From the IMG/VR virus record IMGVR_UViG_3300045988_171858: DNA of 64,000 nucleotides; one strand, given 5' to 3'. This document shows positions 1 through 11,015 of this stretch, piece after piece; position 1 is the first letter of the stretch; each line of letters starts with the position of its first letter. Under the pieces are notes generated by a model, which saw nothing but the letters and a program-made list of their open reading frames with translations, made no database searches and was not told where the DNA came from. The position numbers were made by a program, and so were the translations under genes. The DNA comes from a virus.

Positions 1-2
1 CC

Positions 3-623
3 GGCGCAATCCTTCGCTTTAAGAAGCCAATCCATAACCGCCTGTACGAAGAAACAGACCTTCAGCTTCGAAGCAGAGTATTCCTAGCTAAGAATAAAAC
101 ACATGGCTCTAGCAATGCCGCATTGGCAGGAATCGTATCTTCAATCCCTCTTATCAAATATTACGACATCGAAGAGGACAAGTCCCTAGGTGTAACAAGA
201 GTTTATGTTGCTACAGCTAAGACTATTCTTGATGAGGCGGAACAAAACTTTGAGGCTATCACCTCAGCCATTCGTGCAAGAGCTGATTATAAACTATCTG
301 CAGAACAAAGAATCGAAGTTTATGAAGCAGAAGTAATCAGACTATCTCCATTGTATACATACAAAAATGTAACCGAAGATATGGCTATGGCGGCTATGGC
401 GGATGCATTTAACAGTATCTATACTCCATTCTCAAAGACCGTTAATATCGACGAGCTTAATAAGCGAATCGTTGAATCAGGCATCGGAGTTACAGTTGAT
501 AGATTTGTAACCTCACATAAAAAGTTGGGGATTATAGGCTCACAATCTAGCGGCACCCTTGCTATTGATGGCCCGTATATCGTTGTATTCTCAGATGCAG
601 AGGCACAAGGGGCACCAGAGTGA
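3..623 (+). CDS. virion/tail-module protein, 5'-truncated at window edge
   Basis: The frame is open from base 3 to the stop at 621-623, with no stop upstream of the TTG at 123 used by the ORF track. It overlaps the next start by 4 nt (GTGA). Confidence 0.7.
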   Translation, partial: GAILRFKKPIHNRLYEETDLQLRSRVFLAKNKTHGSSNAALAGIVSSIPLIKYYDIEEDKSLGVTRVYVATAKTILDEAEQNFEAITSAIRARADYKLSAEQRIEVYEAEVIRLSPLYTYKNVTEDMAMAAMADAFNSIYTPFSKTVNIDELNKRIVESGIGVTVDRFVTSHKKLGIIGSQSSGTLAIDGPYIVVFSDAEAQGAPE

Positions 624-2047
624 AGCAAAACTTATCGCTCAATCTTCTGACAAAATATTTCGCCAAATGGTCAACTCCCTATTTGTCACCATATTCAAAT
701 GTAGGTAGAGTTCTCTCTCCTATATCTGACATCATCAATTCAAACATTGAATACGCATCCAATCTAATAAACACCAGATACAGACAGTCTGGTCTAGATA
801 CATACTCAAAGCTCTATACAATTCCGTCATATGGGGAATATAAAAAGGTAGAGTCCGAATCTACAAGGATTATCTCTGCAAATGGAAATGTCGAATATAT
901 CGGCACTTCTGTTTTAGAGAATATCGGACAATACGGTGAAGAGTTTTTTGGGTTGTATCCTGCAACCGGTGTAGAGCTTTTAGAAGACCCTTCCAACTGG
1001 CTTGAGGATTCTTTCTCAGTCAGTTTGGAGCCGGGCGAGACTCACCTTAATTTAAGGTTTGTTTCTCCTAATAGGGCCTATATCACATCAGCAGGAGGTG
1101 CAGAAAATATCCCGGTCATCATAAGCGGATACACCAAAGACTACAAATATGTAGCTGAGTCCATTACGATCACCCATAAGGGATGCTTTGAATCATTCAA
1201 TGAGTTCTCAGAAATCTGTTCAGTTCAAACTCCAATCAAAATTGATATTTCTAATTATGTAGATTGCCAAGACGAGCATTCTATCGTAACCAAAGAGACA
1301 TTACCTAGCAGGGTAACAGACTTGGACGGTTCATTCCTGGACGCCGGCCTAACCTTTGATGAAGAAACAGTATTTATCGTAGACAAGGCCAGAGAATTAG
1401 AATCTCCTATTGGCCAATACGATATGGAAATCCCTGCAAGATTTGGATTCCTATCTTCTATCATGGACGTTTATACTATTGATGAAGCCGGATGGTTAGG
1501 TGTAGCCAAACCGACATTTAACCTATCTTCAGATACAATAGCAGACGGCTCTGCAAACAATAACGAATACGTCTACCTAGAGGACTACGAACATAGAGTT
1601 GGGTCAGTTATTAGAGCAAGAGTAAAGGCTCATCAAATAGCAGCACGGTCAAGCAGTAACAATATCAGAATCTCGGTTAAGAACGGAGAAACTCTGTATT
1701 ATGTGGACCGCTTTGGTAATCTTATGGTCGATGAGAACACATGGATTGATGCACGAATGACGGCAGATATTATTAACATCGCCATCATGTGTGACAACAA
1801 AGATCCATACTTGTTTAAAGTGGAAGACGAGGACGGGAATACCTACTCGACAATGCTTGCACAAATGGTGTCGCAATACACTGACATTATCGATGGATGC
1901 ACGGCGATGTATCTTTACAACAAAGAATTATACGTTGTAAGAAAGGGTTCTCTATATAAGGTTCGGCCATTAAGACACATTTACTCCAGATACAATAGCT
2001 CTAGGATTGCACTAGATTCGGATTACGGAAAGATTAAAGTATCATGA
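620..2047 (+). CDS. hypothetical tail/baseplate-module protein (475 aa)
   Basis: Long ORF translationally coupled on both sides (GTGA and ATGA overlaps). No recognisable motif. Confidence 0.8.
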   Translation: MKQNLSLNLLTKYFAKWSTPYLSPYSNVGRVLSPISDIINSNIEYASNLINTRYRQSGLDTYSKLYTIPSYGEYKKVESESTRIISANGNVEYIGTSVLENIGQYGEEFFGLYPATGVELLEDPSNWLEDSFSVSLEPGETHLNLRFVSPNRAYITSAGGAENIPVIISGYTKDYKYVAESITITHKGCFESFNEFSEICSVQTPIKIDISNYVDCQDEHSIVTKETLPSRVTDLDGSFLDAGLTFDEETVFIVDKARELESPIGQYDMEIPARFGFLSSIMDVYTIDEAGWLGVAKPTFNLSSDTIADGSANNNEYVYLEDYEHRVGSVIRARVKAHQIAARSSSNNIRISVKNGETLYYVDRFGNLMVDENTWIDARMTADIINIAIMCDNKDPYLFKVEDEDGNTYSTMLAQMVSQYTDIIDGCTAMYLYNKELYVVRKGSLYKVRPLRHIYSRYNSSRIALDSDYGKIKVS

Positions 2048-2673
2048 TTAAAGTAGAAACAATCGACATTAATCCGTTCAAAAGGGCGGAGCTTTCTCCG
2101 TCCTATGCTAAGACTATCGGAGAGACATATCCTGCTATTGCAATCTATAACACAGATAAAGTTATTTCTGTGTATGATGGGATCATGAAAGTAGACAATG
2201 AGTCGATTGACCTTAAAGATTTAACCATCGGCGGGCTATTTAAACTTTTGAAAACAAAAGGTATTTCGACAAAAGTCTTTAAGGGCATGGAAAAACTTCC
2301 AGCCCTTTCTATTGCAAACTACTCAAATGTAGACCTGGTTGTTACAGAAGCAAGACGTTCTCCAATCTACATTGCATCTCTTGTATCTGAATATATTGCT
2401 AAGGGCCTGATTGGAAGTTATAATGAGAATGTTGAGATAAGAATCCTTAGCGACAACACCATCGCGGGGAATAGAAAATACTTCTCAGAAAGCTCAGAAC
2501 TGCCGGTTGAAATCGAGAGTCTGCATAGAGCCAAAACATTCGTCCTATTGGCAGCAGATGCAAACGTAATTAGAGGTACGAAGAGAATCAAAGACATTAA
2601 GCAAGTCAATGATGCAATAGTTGACTTTAATCTTAAAACATATGGGAGAGATAATGCCTACATTAACCTATGA
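2044..2673 (+). CDS. hypothetical structural-module protein (209 aa)
   Basis: ORF with an ATGA overlap to the upstream gene. Confidence 0.75.
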   Translation: MIKVETIDINPFKRAELSPSYAKTIGETYPAIAIYNTDKVISVYDGIMKVDNESIDLKDLTIGGLFKLLKTKGISTKVFKGMEKLPALSIANYSNVDLVVTEARRSPIYIASLVSEYIAKGLIGSYNENVEIRILSDNTIAGNRKYFSESSELPVEIESLHRAKTFVLLAADANVIRGTKRIKDIKQVNDAIVDFNLKTYGRDNAYINL

Positions 2674-4105
2674 CGTAAGAGTCGGGGCTAGAGCTGGAGT
2701 ATCTCCCGAATACCGGAGCCCACCTCTTAGACTGTCAGAAATAGACCCTAATAGAAACCATCTATTAGATACATACACATCTCCAGGTTCAGTCTCTAAA
2801 TTCGGATGGGAATCAGAGTTGATGTCATTCGATTCGTTCGGTAAGCTAACAGCGGGATCTATGTCGTTCCTAAAGGATGATAGTTCTGTCTCAGCGGTGT
2901 CAGGCTATGGATTTATCCCATCTAGCCAAAAGATAAAGCTCAAGACTTATGTATCGGTATCTGCATCAGTTTATAAACGAGGCAAAGATTCTGATTCTGT
3001 ATATATCAAATATAGTGGTAATAAGGATGACAAATATCACGTCCTGACAACAAGAGTTGGCGAGCTGGACCATATCGAAGATGATTCACATAACCACGGT
3101 ATTAATCTTGACGAGGTTGGCGAACTCACAATCGAAGTTTCACACATTGCTATCCCAGAGGAAAAGACTAAGGTTTCATCAGATAAAATCATTAAGCTAG
3201 ATTACTATCCTGTTACGAACGTCAGAGTAGAAGGCGCGGCAGAATACGATGTAAATCCATATTCCGGCATTGTCATAAATAAATCCGGGAAAAGTCTTAC
3301 AATCAAATATAATCCTGCTCCATTAGTAGTTATTCATAGCGGTCCCGCCACATATCTTGAGGCAATCAACCCATCAATAACCCTAAACCTTCTAGAGATA
3401 AACAATCAAAGTGTTGATAAGATTATCTCTAACGACAATATGATTGACGCTAAAACCAGCTTCTTCATAGAGTCCACGGGTCCTGTCGATATAGATAACG
3501 CTACATACTCCTCAGGTAGAAAACATATCCTGCCTCCTGGCGTATACTCATTGACCCAGACAAGTTCAGAATGGGAGACAGAGGTCAACTCTAAGATTGC
3601 AGCCTCGGACTTATCGGTAGTTGCAGATATTAAATCCAGACTCCTTAAGAAGTACAAGTCGGATAATGCAAACCCAATCTCATATGAGAGCGCAGCTAAT
3701 GGTGATGTGTATAAGTTAAAAGAAGATGGTAGATCTGGAACCTATTCATTAGAAACGGTTGTGGATAATGAGGATAGAAGGATTATTCTTCCGCATCTTA
3801 CAAATCCTGCCTCCATCTCTGTGCAAAGAGTTGGTCACCGCAACTCTAGGGTAGAAGTAACTGACTATGACAAGGACGCCGCCGGCACACTAAAATTTGA
3901 CACCAAAGGTAGATATATTATTAGATACACCCCCATCAAAGAGAACGAATGGGAAGCTTCAAATTCTAGCATTTTAAGCTCAATTGTAGCTGCACTAAGA
4001 GCACCTCAAACGCAAGTCAAAGTGTATTACGGGACAGAAGAAAACGGCTCCGTAGAGTATTTAAATATAGACAACCCTATTATTATAGGTAGCAACAATG
4101 GATAA
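2654..4105 (+). CDS. hypothetical structural-module protein (~483 aa)
   Basis: The ORF opens at 2621. The ATG at 2654 is preceded by GGGAGAG and overlaps the upstream stop by 20 nt. The stop overlaps the next start. Confidence 0.75.
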   Translation: MPTLTYDVRVGARAGVSPEYRSPPLRLSEIDPNRNHLLDTYTSPGSVSKFGWESELMSFDSFGKLTAGSMSFLKDDSSVSAVSGYGFIPSSQKIKLKTYVSVSASVYKRGKDSDSVYIKYSGNKDDKYHVLTTRVGELDHIEDDSHNHGINLDEVGELTIEVSHIAIPEEKTKVSSDKIIKLDYYPVTNVRVEGAAEYDVNPYSGIVINKSGKSLTIKYNPAPLVVIHSGPATYLEAINPSITLNLLEINNQSVDKIISNDNMIDAKTSFFIESTGPVDIDNATYSSGRKHILPPGVYSLTQTSSEWETEVNSKIAASDLSVVADIKSRLLKKYKSDNANPISYESAANGDVYKLKEDGRSGTYSLETVVDNEDRRIILPHLTNPASISVQRVGHRNSRVEVTDYDKDAAGTLKFDTKGRYIIRYTPIKENEWEASNSSILSSIVAALRAPQTQVKVYYGTEENGSVEYLNIDNPIIIGSNNG

Positions 4106-7100
4106 ACTAACTCTGCTTTCAGGCAGCACAATAACCCAACAAGGAACGATTGATGCAATTAATAAGCTTGCTCAGGCAAGTAATAGCATCAATGGGGATA
4201 TTGGGGATGTCAATAATTTTAGCGGTAAGTCAGACGCTCTAAACGGAACTCTTGCCGGTACACTTGGCAACGGTGAACTACTGGCGCCGCAAATTCCTTT
4301 TGGCGAAACAATCACAGACTTCACAGAGAACTTTAGCGGTTCAGCATCCCATGATTTCGTATTGACCCTTATCCCACTGACCGATGTAACAATCACAACT
4401 CAGTCCGGTAAGTCATACGAAAAAGTCGATAAAGCCACAATGACAAACGACTCTCACTATTCCATTGAGGGTCGCAGACTAAACTTCTACAAAAACCCAG
4501 AAGGCCAATTCTCTGTAACCTACAAAGGTAAATTCCCAAGTATTCCTGGTTACGAGAAATACGCAACTAATACATATCCAAACGTAGCAAGTGTTGCATC
4601 TGGTAAACAGCCAAAGTCAGAAGTCCAAAAGCTTGACAATACAACCTACTCTGTAACTATTAAACCGACAACAAAGATTGGCGATATTGGCATTCCAAAT
4701 GGAATCCAGCCTTCCCTTCCGGATAAGGTTAAACCATATGTTGACCCAAACGGAACCAAAGAGGCGAATCCTTCTGATGTCTCAGTCTGGGTTAAATCAG
4801 ACGAAAGATACCAACGAGTATCAGATGCCGTCGTATATCTCTTAAGCGACTCTACGTTTAAATTCAAAACGCAGATGTCTCTTCCGTCTAATCCAGAGAT
4901 TGTTCTATACGTTAACGGTTGGACTGTTAGTGACGGTGTAGGCTTACTGTATAAGCTGTTCACCTCTCATGCACACAATGGTGAAGACCCATCGGCGTTA
5001 CTTAGCCACTCAAAACTTGTAGGCCTAATTGCTGATCGTTATGTTGCCGGACAGCCAGGATTTGGCGTATCAAAACACAAAGGCGATGACCATCCTCATT
5101 ATTTCCATAGGGATGGTTATACTACGGACAATCCCGGCAACTTTAACAATGCAATCCTTGGTGACGTTCTTATTGGTTCTACCAATCCTGGCGACATGTA
5201 TAACAACACCTTAGACAATTCCAATAAATTGTTCTTCGGTTCTGTCTCTACCGGCGCATCATTAATGTATGATAAAGACTTCCAAGGTATCAAGTTATTC
5301 GGTACTAATTCTGGTCTTAGAATCAATACACACGGTTTGCCTAGCGAAGAAAAGAATCTGTATGCCACGGCAATTGAATTCGACGGCAATAAGCTCTACT
5401 CTACCGGCGACAAAGGTGATGCTAAAAACGTCCTGAACATTAGGGCAAAAGACGGTCTAGTTAAGGTTTCCAAAACGGACGAAGAACTGGCAGCAATTGA
5501 GGCCAAGTCTGTTTCTGTCCAAGACGCATCAGTGTCAGGAACTCTTGCAACAAAAGGCACTGGCGGAATTAAAGTAGCCAAGGTTGACTTCCGCAGTAAT
5601 GACGGTAATAAGGTAGAAGTCTCATCTGAGGATGCAGAAGCCTCGGTCGAATTCAAACTTCCTGTTGCATTTGACAAACTGGCCGCTAAATCCTTTAACC
5701 CAACATCTATTGGTATCTCCGGCGATGGAGCAATTAAGTTCGGGGAAGAGGGCGCAAACTCCATCAAGAGTGTAGATGGTGCAGCAACAGTTGCAGGTAA
5801 GAAACCACTTACTATCGAAGAGTCAGGTAAGAACACCGGCATTCGTTATCAACGTCAAGAAGGCATGCCATTTGCAAACGTCTACGTATCAGCAGAGAAC
5901 GGCGGACAGGCAACCCAGACAGACCATGACACCTACTTCGAGACCGGCAATGGTGACCTGTATTTTCTAAAAGACACTACAAAGGTTAACAGTGTCCTAG
6001 GAACTAAGTACGGTTTCGGTGAACTTGCAAAAGACGGCGCAACCCGGTTAGATAACCTAACTTTAATGCCAAGAGCCAACACATTTGCCGGTACTGGTGA
6101 TTTCTACACTATCAAAGTTAAAGAGTCATCACTAAAACAAAGACAGGGTATCCATGTAGGCCCAGATGCAAACATTTATGCAACCGGTGCAGATGCTGAC
6201 TGCCCTCCAGGCTGGCTTGTAGTTGAATCTCGCAATGGTGTTGTATTCGCAGAGACCCGCGCGGGCGAGATGAACTGTTCCAACTTGTCTTATTCGGAAG
6301 TTACAACCGGTTCATTGAAAGTCTTTGGTTCAGCTTCCATTGATAAAAACCTTGGCTTGAACGGAAATATCGACGCTGGCGGTTATGTTAGTGCAGAAAG
6401 TGGCGAGTTTAAAACCAAGATTTCTACAAAAGAAATCGAAGTTGCCGGCAACTCACGATTCACAGGTAAGGTTGATTTTACGGAGAACGTAGAGATCAAT
6501 TCCGGGCTTGTTGTTGGTGGTTCTATCCAAACCAAGAACAGACTCGAAGCAAATGAACTTGCAGTTCAGTCCAGTGCAATCTTCTCAGGCCCTGCAACAT
6601 TCTCGAAACAAATCAACATCGAGGGTGATATTTACTCTCGCGCCGGATTTAGTGGCGCAGGAACAATCTCTACAACAGGCTCTGTAAATGCAGACCAGGC
6701 TAAATTCAATACTGCTAGTATTGGTCAGCTATCCGTAGTAAATAAACTAGATGCAAGAGCAGGTATTTCAGGCGCAGGTGACTTTGTTACCAATGGTAAC
6801 TTAACCGCAGACGGCGACGTAACAGCAACCAATGCTCGTTATACAGGCACCGCCACATCAGGAATGCTCGATGTAGAGAAAGACGCATCTATTAGAGGCG
6901 ACATCTATGTCGGAGGTAAGGTTCAGCTTAACGGCGACACCTATGTTGGCTCAGATGAAAATGACAAACTGAATGTTCTTGCTAATACGACATTCAACAA
7001 TAATCGAAACATCTTCCTCGGGGATGTAGAGATTTCCGCCCCTGTTTCAGTAAAAGCGGAATTGGATGTAGTAGGACAATCAAGCTTCCAATCTGCAATT

Positions 7101-8150
7101 AGAGCTAAGGCCGGACTAGAAGTAGAAGGCCCAATCAATTCTAAATCAAGCGCAGAATTTACGGCAGTTGATGTTAAAGACAATATCAGTGCTGCCGGCA
7201 ACATCTACGCTAAGGGCGATATCGTTTCAGATGGCCAGCTAAGAGCAGATAAAGGCGCTACGATTTTAGGTAACTCTAACATCGGTCAGCAAGGCGACAA
7301 TATCAACATCTCTGGTGATGTCATTTTTGGTAATGAGAAGTCTACATTCTCTGGCGAAGTATTAATGACCGATAAGGTTACAATCTCTGGTGAAACCACA
7401 CTTAACTCAAAAGTTAATGTTGAGGGTTCTATCAAAGCCAAGGGTAACCTAGAGATTGAGGGTATTGCAAACGTCAAGACAATCCGCGCAGATGCTCAGT
7501 CAGAGTTTAAGGGCGGCGTTATTATTGACCGACAAACAGAGATGTACAGTGCCTATATCAAAGATAAGGCAATCATCGAAAAAGACCTGATTGTCTCTGG
7601 CGGCCTAAGCCTTCAAGGCGATATCACCTCAGTTCCATCATCAACTGCAACACTGGGACAACTTAACGTCTCTAAAGGTTTAACACAAATCGGTTCAGCC
7701 GAGGTTAACAGCTTTGCAGGTGAAACCAGATTCAACTCCACAGTTAGCGTATCTGGCAAGATGTCCATATCTGGTGCTATAATGACAGGTAGCGAACGGT
7801 CTGGTGTTATCATTGAGAATAACACGATCCAAATGACCGGCGAGGCTTCCTTGATTAAAGCAGACTCAATGTCTGTTAATAGCATCCGAGGCGATGCAAC
7901 CAAAACCGTACCAATCACTTCTTCTAACGCCGCAATGTCTAGAGAGGCAAACAATCTTAGCCGTAAGAAATTTACGACTATTAATAATGCCTACATCGAA
8001 GACTCAATGGTTGCCAATGGTAACTTGTTCTGTCTTGGTACATTGTTTGTAAGTGCAATCGAAGTGGTCGAGAACGAGAAGTCTAAAAACGAGCTGAATA
8101 ACAAATCTGTTCTTAACATTATTGCAAGAAGGGCAAAATACGCTCCATGA
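4098..8150 (+). CDS. long tail fibre / fibrous spike protein (1350 aa)
   Basis: Very long Gly/Ser/Asn/Thr-rich ORF. From about aa 750 there are many short periodic units of the type G-x-(I/V)-x-x-x-G / 'GNL..(D/E)G(D/S)I..', typical of trimeric beta-helical fibres. Confidence 0.8.
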   Translation: MDKLTLLSGSTITQQGTIDAINKLAQASNSINGDIGDVNNFSGKSDALNGTLAGTLGNGELLAPQIPFGETITDFTENFSGSASHDFVLTLIPLTDVTITTQSGKSYEKVDKATMTNDSHYSIEGRRLNFYKNPEGQFSVTYKGKFPSIPGYEKYATNTYPNVASVASGKQPKSEVQKLDNTTYSVTIKPTTKIGDIGIPNGIQPSLPDKVKPYVDPNGTKEANPSDVSVWVKSDERYQRVSDAVVYLLSDSTFKFKTQMSLPSNPEIVLYVNGWTVSDGVGLLYKLFTSHAHNGEDPSALLSHSKLVGLIADRYVAGQPGFGVSKHKGDDHPHYFHRDGYTTDNPGNFNNAILGDVLIGSTNPGDMYNNTLDNSNKLFFGSVSTGASLMYDKDFQGIKLFGTNSGLRINTHGLPSEEKNLYATAIEFDGNKLYSTGDKGDAKNVLNIRAKDGLVKVSKTDEELAAIEAKSVSVQDASVSGTLATKGTGGIKVAKVDFRSNDGNKVEVSSEDAEASVEFKLPVAFDKLAAKSFNPTSIGISGDGAIKFGEEGANSIKSVDGAATVAGKKPLTIEESGKNTGIRYQRQEGMPFANVYVSAENGGQATQTDHDTYFETGNGDLYFLKDTTKVNSVLGTKYGFGELAKDGATRLDNLTLMPRANTFAGTGDFYTIKVKESSLKQRQGIHVGPDANIYATGADADCPPGWLVVESRNGVVFAETRAGEMNCSNLSYSEVTTGSLKVFGSASIDKNLGLNGNIDAGGYVSAESGEFKTKISTKEIEVAGNSRFTGKVDFTENVEINSGLVVGGSIQTKNRLEANELAVQSSAIFSGPATFSKQINIEGDIYSRAGFSGAGTISTTGSVNADQAKFNTASIGQLSVVNKLDARAGISGAGDFVTNGNLTADGDVTATNARYTGTATSGMLDVEKDASIRGDIYVGGKVQLNGDTYVGSDENDKLNVLANTTFNNNRNIFLGDVEISAPVSVKAELDVVGQSSFQSAIRAKAGLEVEGPINSKSSAEFTAVDVKDNISAAGNIYAKGDIVSDGQLRADKGATILGNSNIGQQGDNINISGDVIFGNEKSTFSGEVLMTDKVTISGETTLNSKVNVEGSIKAKGNLEIEGIANVKTIRADAQSEFKGGVIIDRQTEMYSAYIKDKAIIEKDLIVSGGLSLQGDITSVPSSTATLGQLNVSKGLTQIGSAEVNSFAGETRFNSTVSVSGKMSISGAIMTGSERSGVIIENNTIQMTGEASLIKADSMSVNSIRGDATKTVPITSSNAAMSREANNLSRKKFTTINNAYIEDSMVANGNLFCLGTLFVSAIEVVENEKSKNELNNKSVLNIIARRAKYAP

Positions 8151-9838
8151 CGACAATAACCTACAACATCTCGATTGTAGGGAAGAGACATTCAGCAGAA
8201 TTTCAACAAGCCACAGACAGCAGAAACGCTGTCGTGGCTGTTGATACTTCTCCATTGAATGGTTCCCTAATTGAGATCGAACACAAGAGCCAGGGCGACA
8301 GACTACGCTTTGTCAGACTGGAATCAAAATCTATCTCAGGGATTGCTATTCGTTCTAGCAGCCCTGACATTTTAATTACCGACATTATTCATAATGGCCG
8401 CCCGATGTGGTATAAGTACCAGCTTCGAGGAGAGCCTTCTTTATCAACACCGCATTGGACAAAAGACGACAACTGGATTTATAGCGATGCCCCATACCTA
8501 AATATTGAATATGGGAATATCAAACTAAGAGAAGTTGGAACTCCAGTATTCGTAAAAGAGTCCAATCATTTTCTAAATGCCATTAAGGCACTCGACAATA
8601 GAACATATTCTGTATCACAAGATTCATCTGGCGAATATATTATCAAATGCAAGAATCAGAATGTTTCGTTCTCAAGTATTACCGGAGAGATTGCAACAAT
8701 CTCTGAGTATACTAATCCAAATAGCCCTGTAGTAGGCATCTTTGCAAACGAATACTCAAGCGATAGAATCGCCTCAGTGGGAGAACAAAAAGCAAAATAC
8801 CGCTTTCAATCTCCAGAGTTTATAGCATCAGTAATCAAAACAAATAAAACGAAAGTGCCTGTCAATTCTGGCGTGGCCAAACTCCCTCATAGATATATCA
8901 ATTCCGTTAAATCCCACGAACCCAAGAATATTGTATACAATCAAGGATTTATTGTCGTTGATCCATCATTGGAGTCAATTGACGTAGAGTACGAATATAT
9001 CGAACCTGTTAATAACTATGCTTCTATCCCTTTGGGTGTAATTAGAAATGCATCGGTTATTAAGGTTTATGCAACTCCGTACTCAATAGCTAAGGGTGAT
9101 GCTGAGGATTTTCTTAATACGGAACTTCTATTCTCTGCCTTCGACAAGGCTGGCGTTTGCATTTACTCAACAATGACAGGAATTAATTCTTCTGTTCCGG
9201 CCGCAATTCTTGTTACGTCAAATTCCGCATCCGGAGTTGACTACAATGCGGGTAAAGGTAAGAAGAAATCAAAGGCGCCGCGCTCATTATTTCAATCTGC
9301 CCCAGAACTAGAAAAAGATACCGTATTGGAAATAGCAGAAATCAGAATTAAAAAACAAGAACTAGATTACGCTATCTCCGGAAGAAGAGCTATGCCAGTA
9401 CAAGGAAGTATAGGACCAAGAGACCTAAGACTACCCAAACTATCATACTCAAGAATAGTTCTAGCGGATTACGCTCCACAATCTATTAATTCAAATGTTA
9501 CAGTAATAGATGCAAATCTATCTGCCGGATACCCAATTCTTATTGGAGAAACAGATTCAGACATACTTGTAGAAATAGATAACAGAGAAGAAGAAACAGA
9601 TGTTGATTTTGTCGACGATGATGATGGCCGTTTCCATAGACGCAATCCTCCTGTATTCCTTGGTCAAAACTCTAAAATTTGCCTAGTTAATACATACAAT
9701 ACACACAGAGAAATTTTAAAAGAACTTGCTTCAAAAGAGCTTGATGGAAAGACGTATATTAAGGCTAAAAAGTCGGACTACCCAATTGGTAGAATCACAG
9801 CCGAATACGTTCACCTGTCTAAGATTCCGAAAGGCTAG
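8147..9838 (+). CDS. hypothetical tail/baseplate protein (563 aa)
   Basis: ORF with an ATGA overlap to the fibre gene. Confidence 0.8.
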   Translation: MTTITYNISIVGKRHSAEFQQATDSRNAVVAVDTSPLNGSLIEIEHKSQGDRLRFVRLESKSISGIAIRSSSPDILITDIIHNGRPMWYKYQLRGEPSLSTPHWTKDDNWIYSDAPYLNIEYGNIKLREVGTPVFVKESNHFLNAIKALDNRTYSVSQDSSGEYIIKCKNQNVSFSSITGEIATISEYTNPNSPVVGIFANEYSSDRIASVGEQKAKYRFQSPEFIASVIKTNKTKVPVNSGVAKLPHRYINSVKSHEPKNIVYNQGFIVVDPSLESIDVEYEYIEPVNNYASIPLGVIRNASVIKVYATPYSIAKGDAEDFLNTELLFSAFDKAGVCIYSTMTGINSSVPAAILVTSNSASGVDYNAGKGKKKSKAPRSLFQSAPELEKDTVLEIAEIRIKKQELDYAISGRRAMPVQGSIGPRDLRLPKLSYSRIVLADYAPQSINSNVTVIDANLSAGYPILIGETDSDILVEIDNREEETDVDFVDDDDGRFHRRNPPVFLGQNSKICLVNTYNTHREILKELASKELDGKTYIKAKKSDYPIGRITAEYVHLSKIPKG

Positions 9839-9840
9839 TA

Positions 9841-10230
9841 ATGAAGGATTTTATTCAAAACCATCAGTTCAACTACGTTAACGATGAATTGCGTATCAAG
9901 GGCATAAAAGACCTAGATACAATCGGCCTTTCATATGTTACGAAGGAAGTTTCTAGATTTGGCGAGACTGCAACCTCTTCTTCTGACTTTATCGTAGAGT
10001 CAATGGACAGGATCGAGGCTGATCTTGAAAAGTGGCATAAGGGATACATCGAGAAGCTGGCTATTATTAAGAGCGGTTCTGATTTTATTCAGGGTAGCAA
10101 TCTGTCATCAGAAGATGCAGGTCATTATGCAATTATGGAAATTGACACGTCGGCGAATGGAAGCATGATTTATTCGACCACTGAAGAAGCATATGTTATG
10201 CCTCCACGCGATGAAAGGTATTTTGCATGA
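9841..10230 (+). CDS. hypothetical protein (129 aa)
   Basis: ORF with a 2-nt spacer upstream and a 4-nt overlap downstream. Confidence 0.7.
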   Translation: MKDFIQNHQFNYVNDELRIKGIKDLDTIGLSYVTKEVSRFGETATSSSDFIVESMDRIEADLEKWHKGYIEKLAIIKSGSDFIQGSNLSSEDAGHYAIMEIDTSANGSMIYSTTEEAYVMPPRDERYFA

Positions 10231-11015
10231 AAGAACTAAGAGAAACACTGCGGCCGGGCGTATCGTTCTTTAATAGAATAGTAATCCGTCCAAATGTAAG
10301 AGATGTAGTTATCTCATCTATTACCGCTATTGATTCTATGGGCAATGCAAAGCCTATCATATCGTTCCCTCTTGAGCTCGATGAACCAATCGTAATCAAA
10401 AATAAACATCAAAACTCTATGGCAATAGAAGTGTCAATCATCCATGAGCATATCGAAGATGGAGACTCTCTGTCTAAATTTGTCGACATTGACGCTAATA
10501 GAATCTCTTCCGAAGATGTTGCTTCTCTGCGGACAAAAAGAACAGAGATACTTAACTCCGGTTCGCTTAACGTAGTGATTAAGGGTGAGGACCTTGAGAC
10601 GGCAATTATCTCCGGCAATATTACAGTGACTGGATATTCTCGTTCCGGCGTAGAGTTAATGGAAGAGAAGGTAACACTAGGTCTTGGCAAAACCAGAGAA
10701 GTCGTACTTGGAAGTGAACCATCTAAATACAAGCTGTCCAGTGCATATAAATACAGAGCGGGGATGGTTAGCAAAGACGAGGTTATAATTAAGGACGGGA
10801 AGGTAGAAGATAGAGATGAGTCTTGCTTCTATATTGCGTCTCCCAACTATACCGGCGGCCTGTATAGCAATGAAAATATAGCTATTGATGAAAACAACTC
10901 AATTAGAATTTTAAATAAGGATGTTTACAAAATAGCCTGCTATTTGGACGCAGTTGTAATTGACCCGGATAAGTCTGAGCCTAACATCAAATACGTTGGA
11001 ATTATATCAAAATGA
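10227..11015 (+). CDS. hypothetical structural protein (262 aa)
   Basis: ORF with coupled overlaps on both sides. Confidence 0.75.
   Translation: MKELRETLRPGVSFFNRIVIRPNVRDVVISSITAIDSMGNAKPIISFPLELDEPIVIKNKHQNSMAIEVSIIHEHIEDGDSLSKFVDIDANRISSEDVASLRTKRTEILNSGSLNVVIKGEDLETAIISGNITVTGYSRSGVELMEEKVTLGLGKTREVVLGSEPSKYKLSSAYKYRAGMVSKDEVIIKDGKVEDRDESCFYIASPNYTGGLYSNENIAIDENNSIRILNKDVYKIACYLDAVVIDPDKSEPNIKYVGIISK

Noticed and set aside
5396-5842. Long antisense ORFs opposite large genes (e.g. 5396..5842, 7613..7954, 19750..20160, 21633..22181, 17154..17651, 30931..31455, 36340..36840, 60595..61260).
   Set aside because: These are shadow ORFs generated by the codon bias of the sense genes. They have no coupling or RBS context and implausible compositions.
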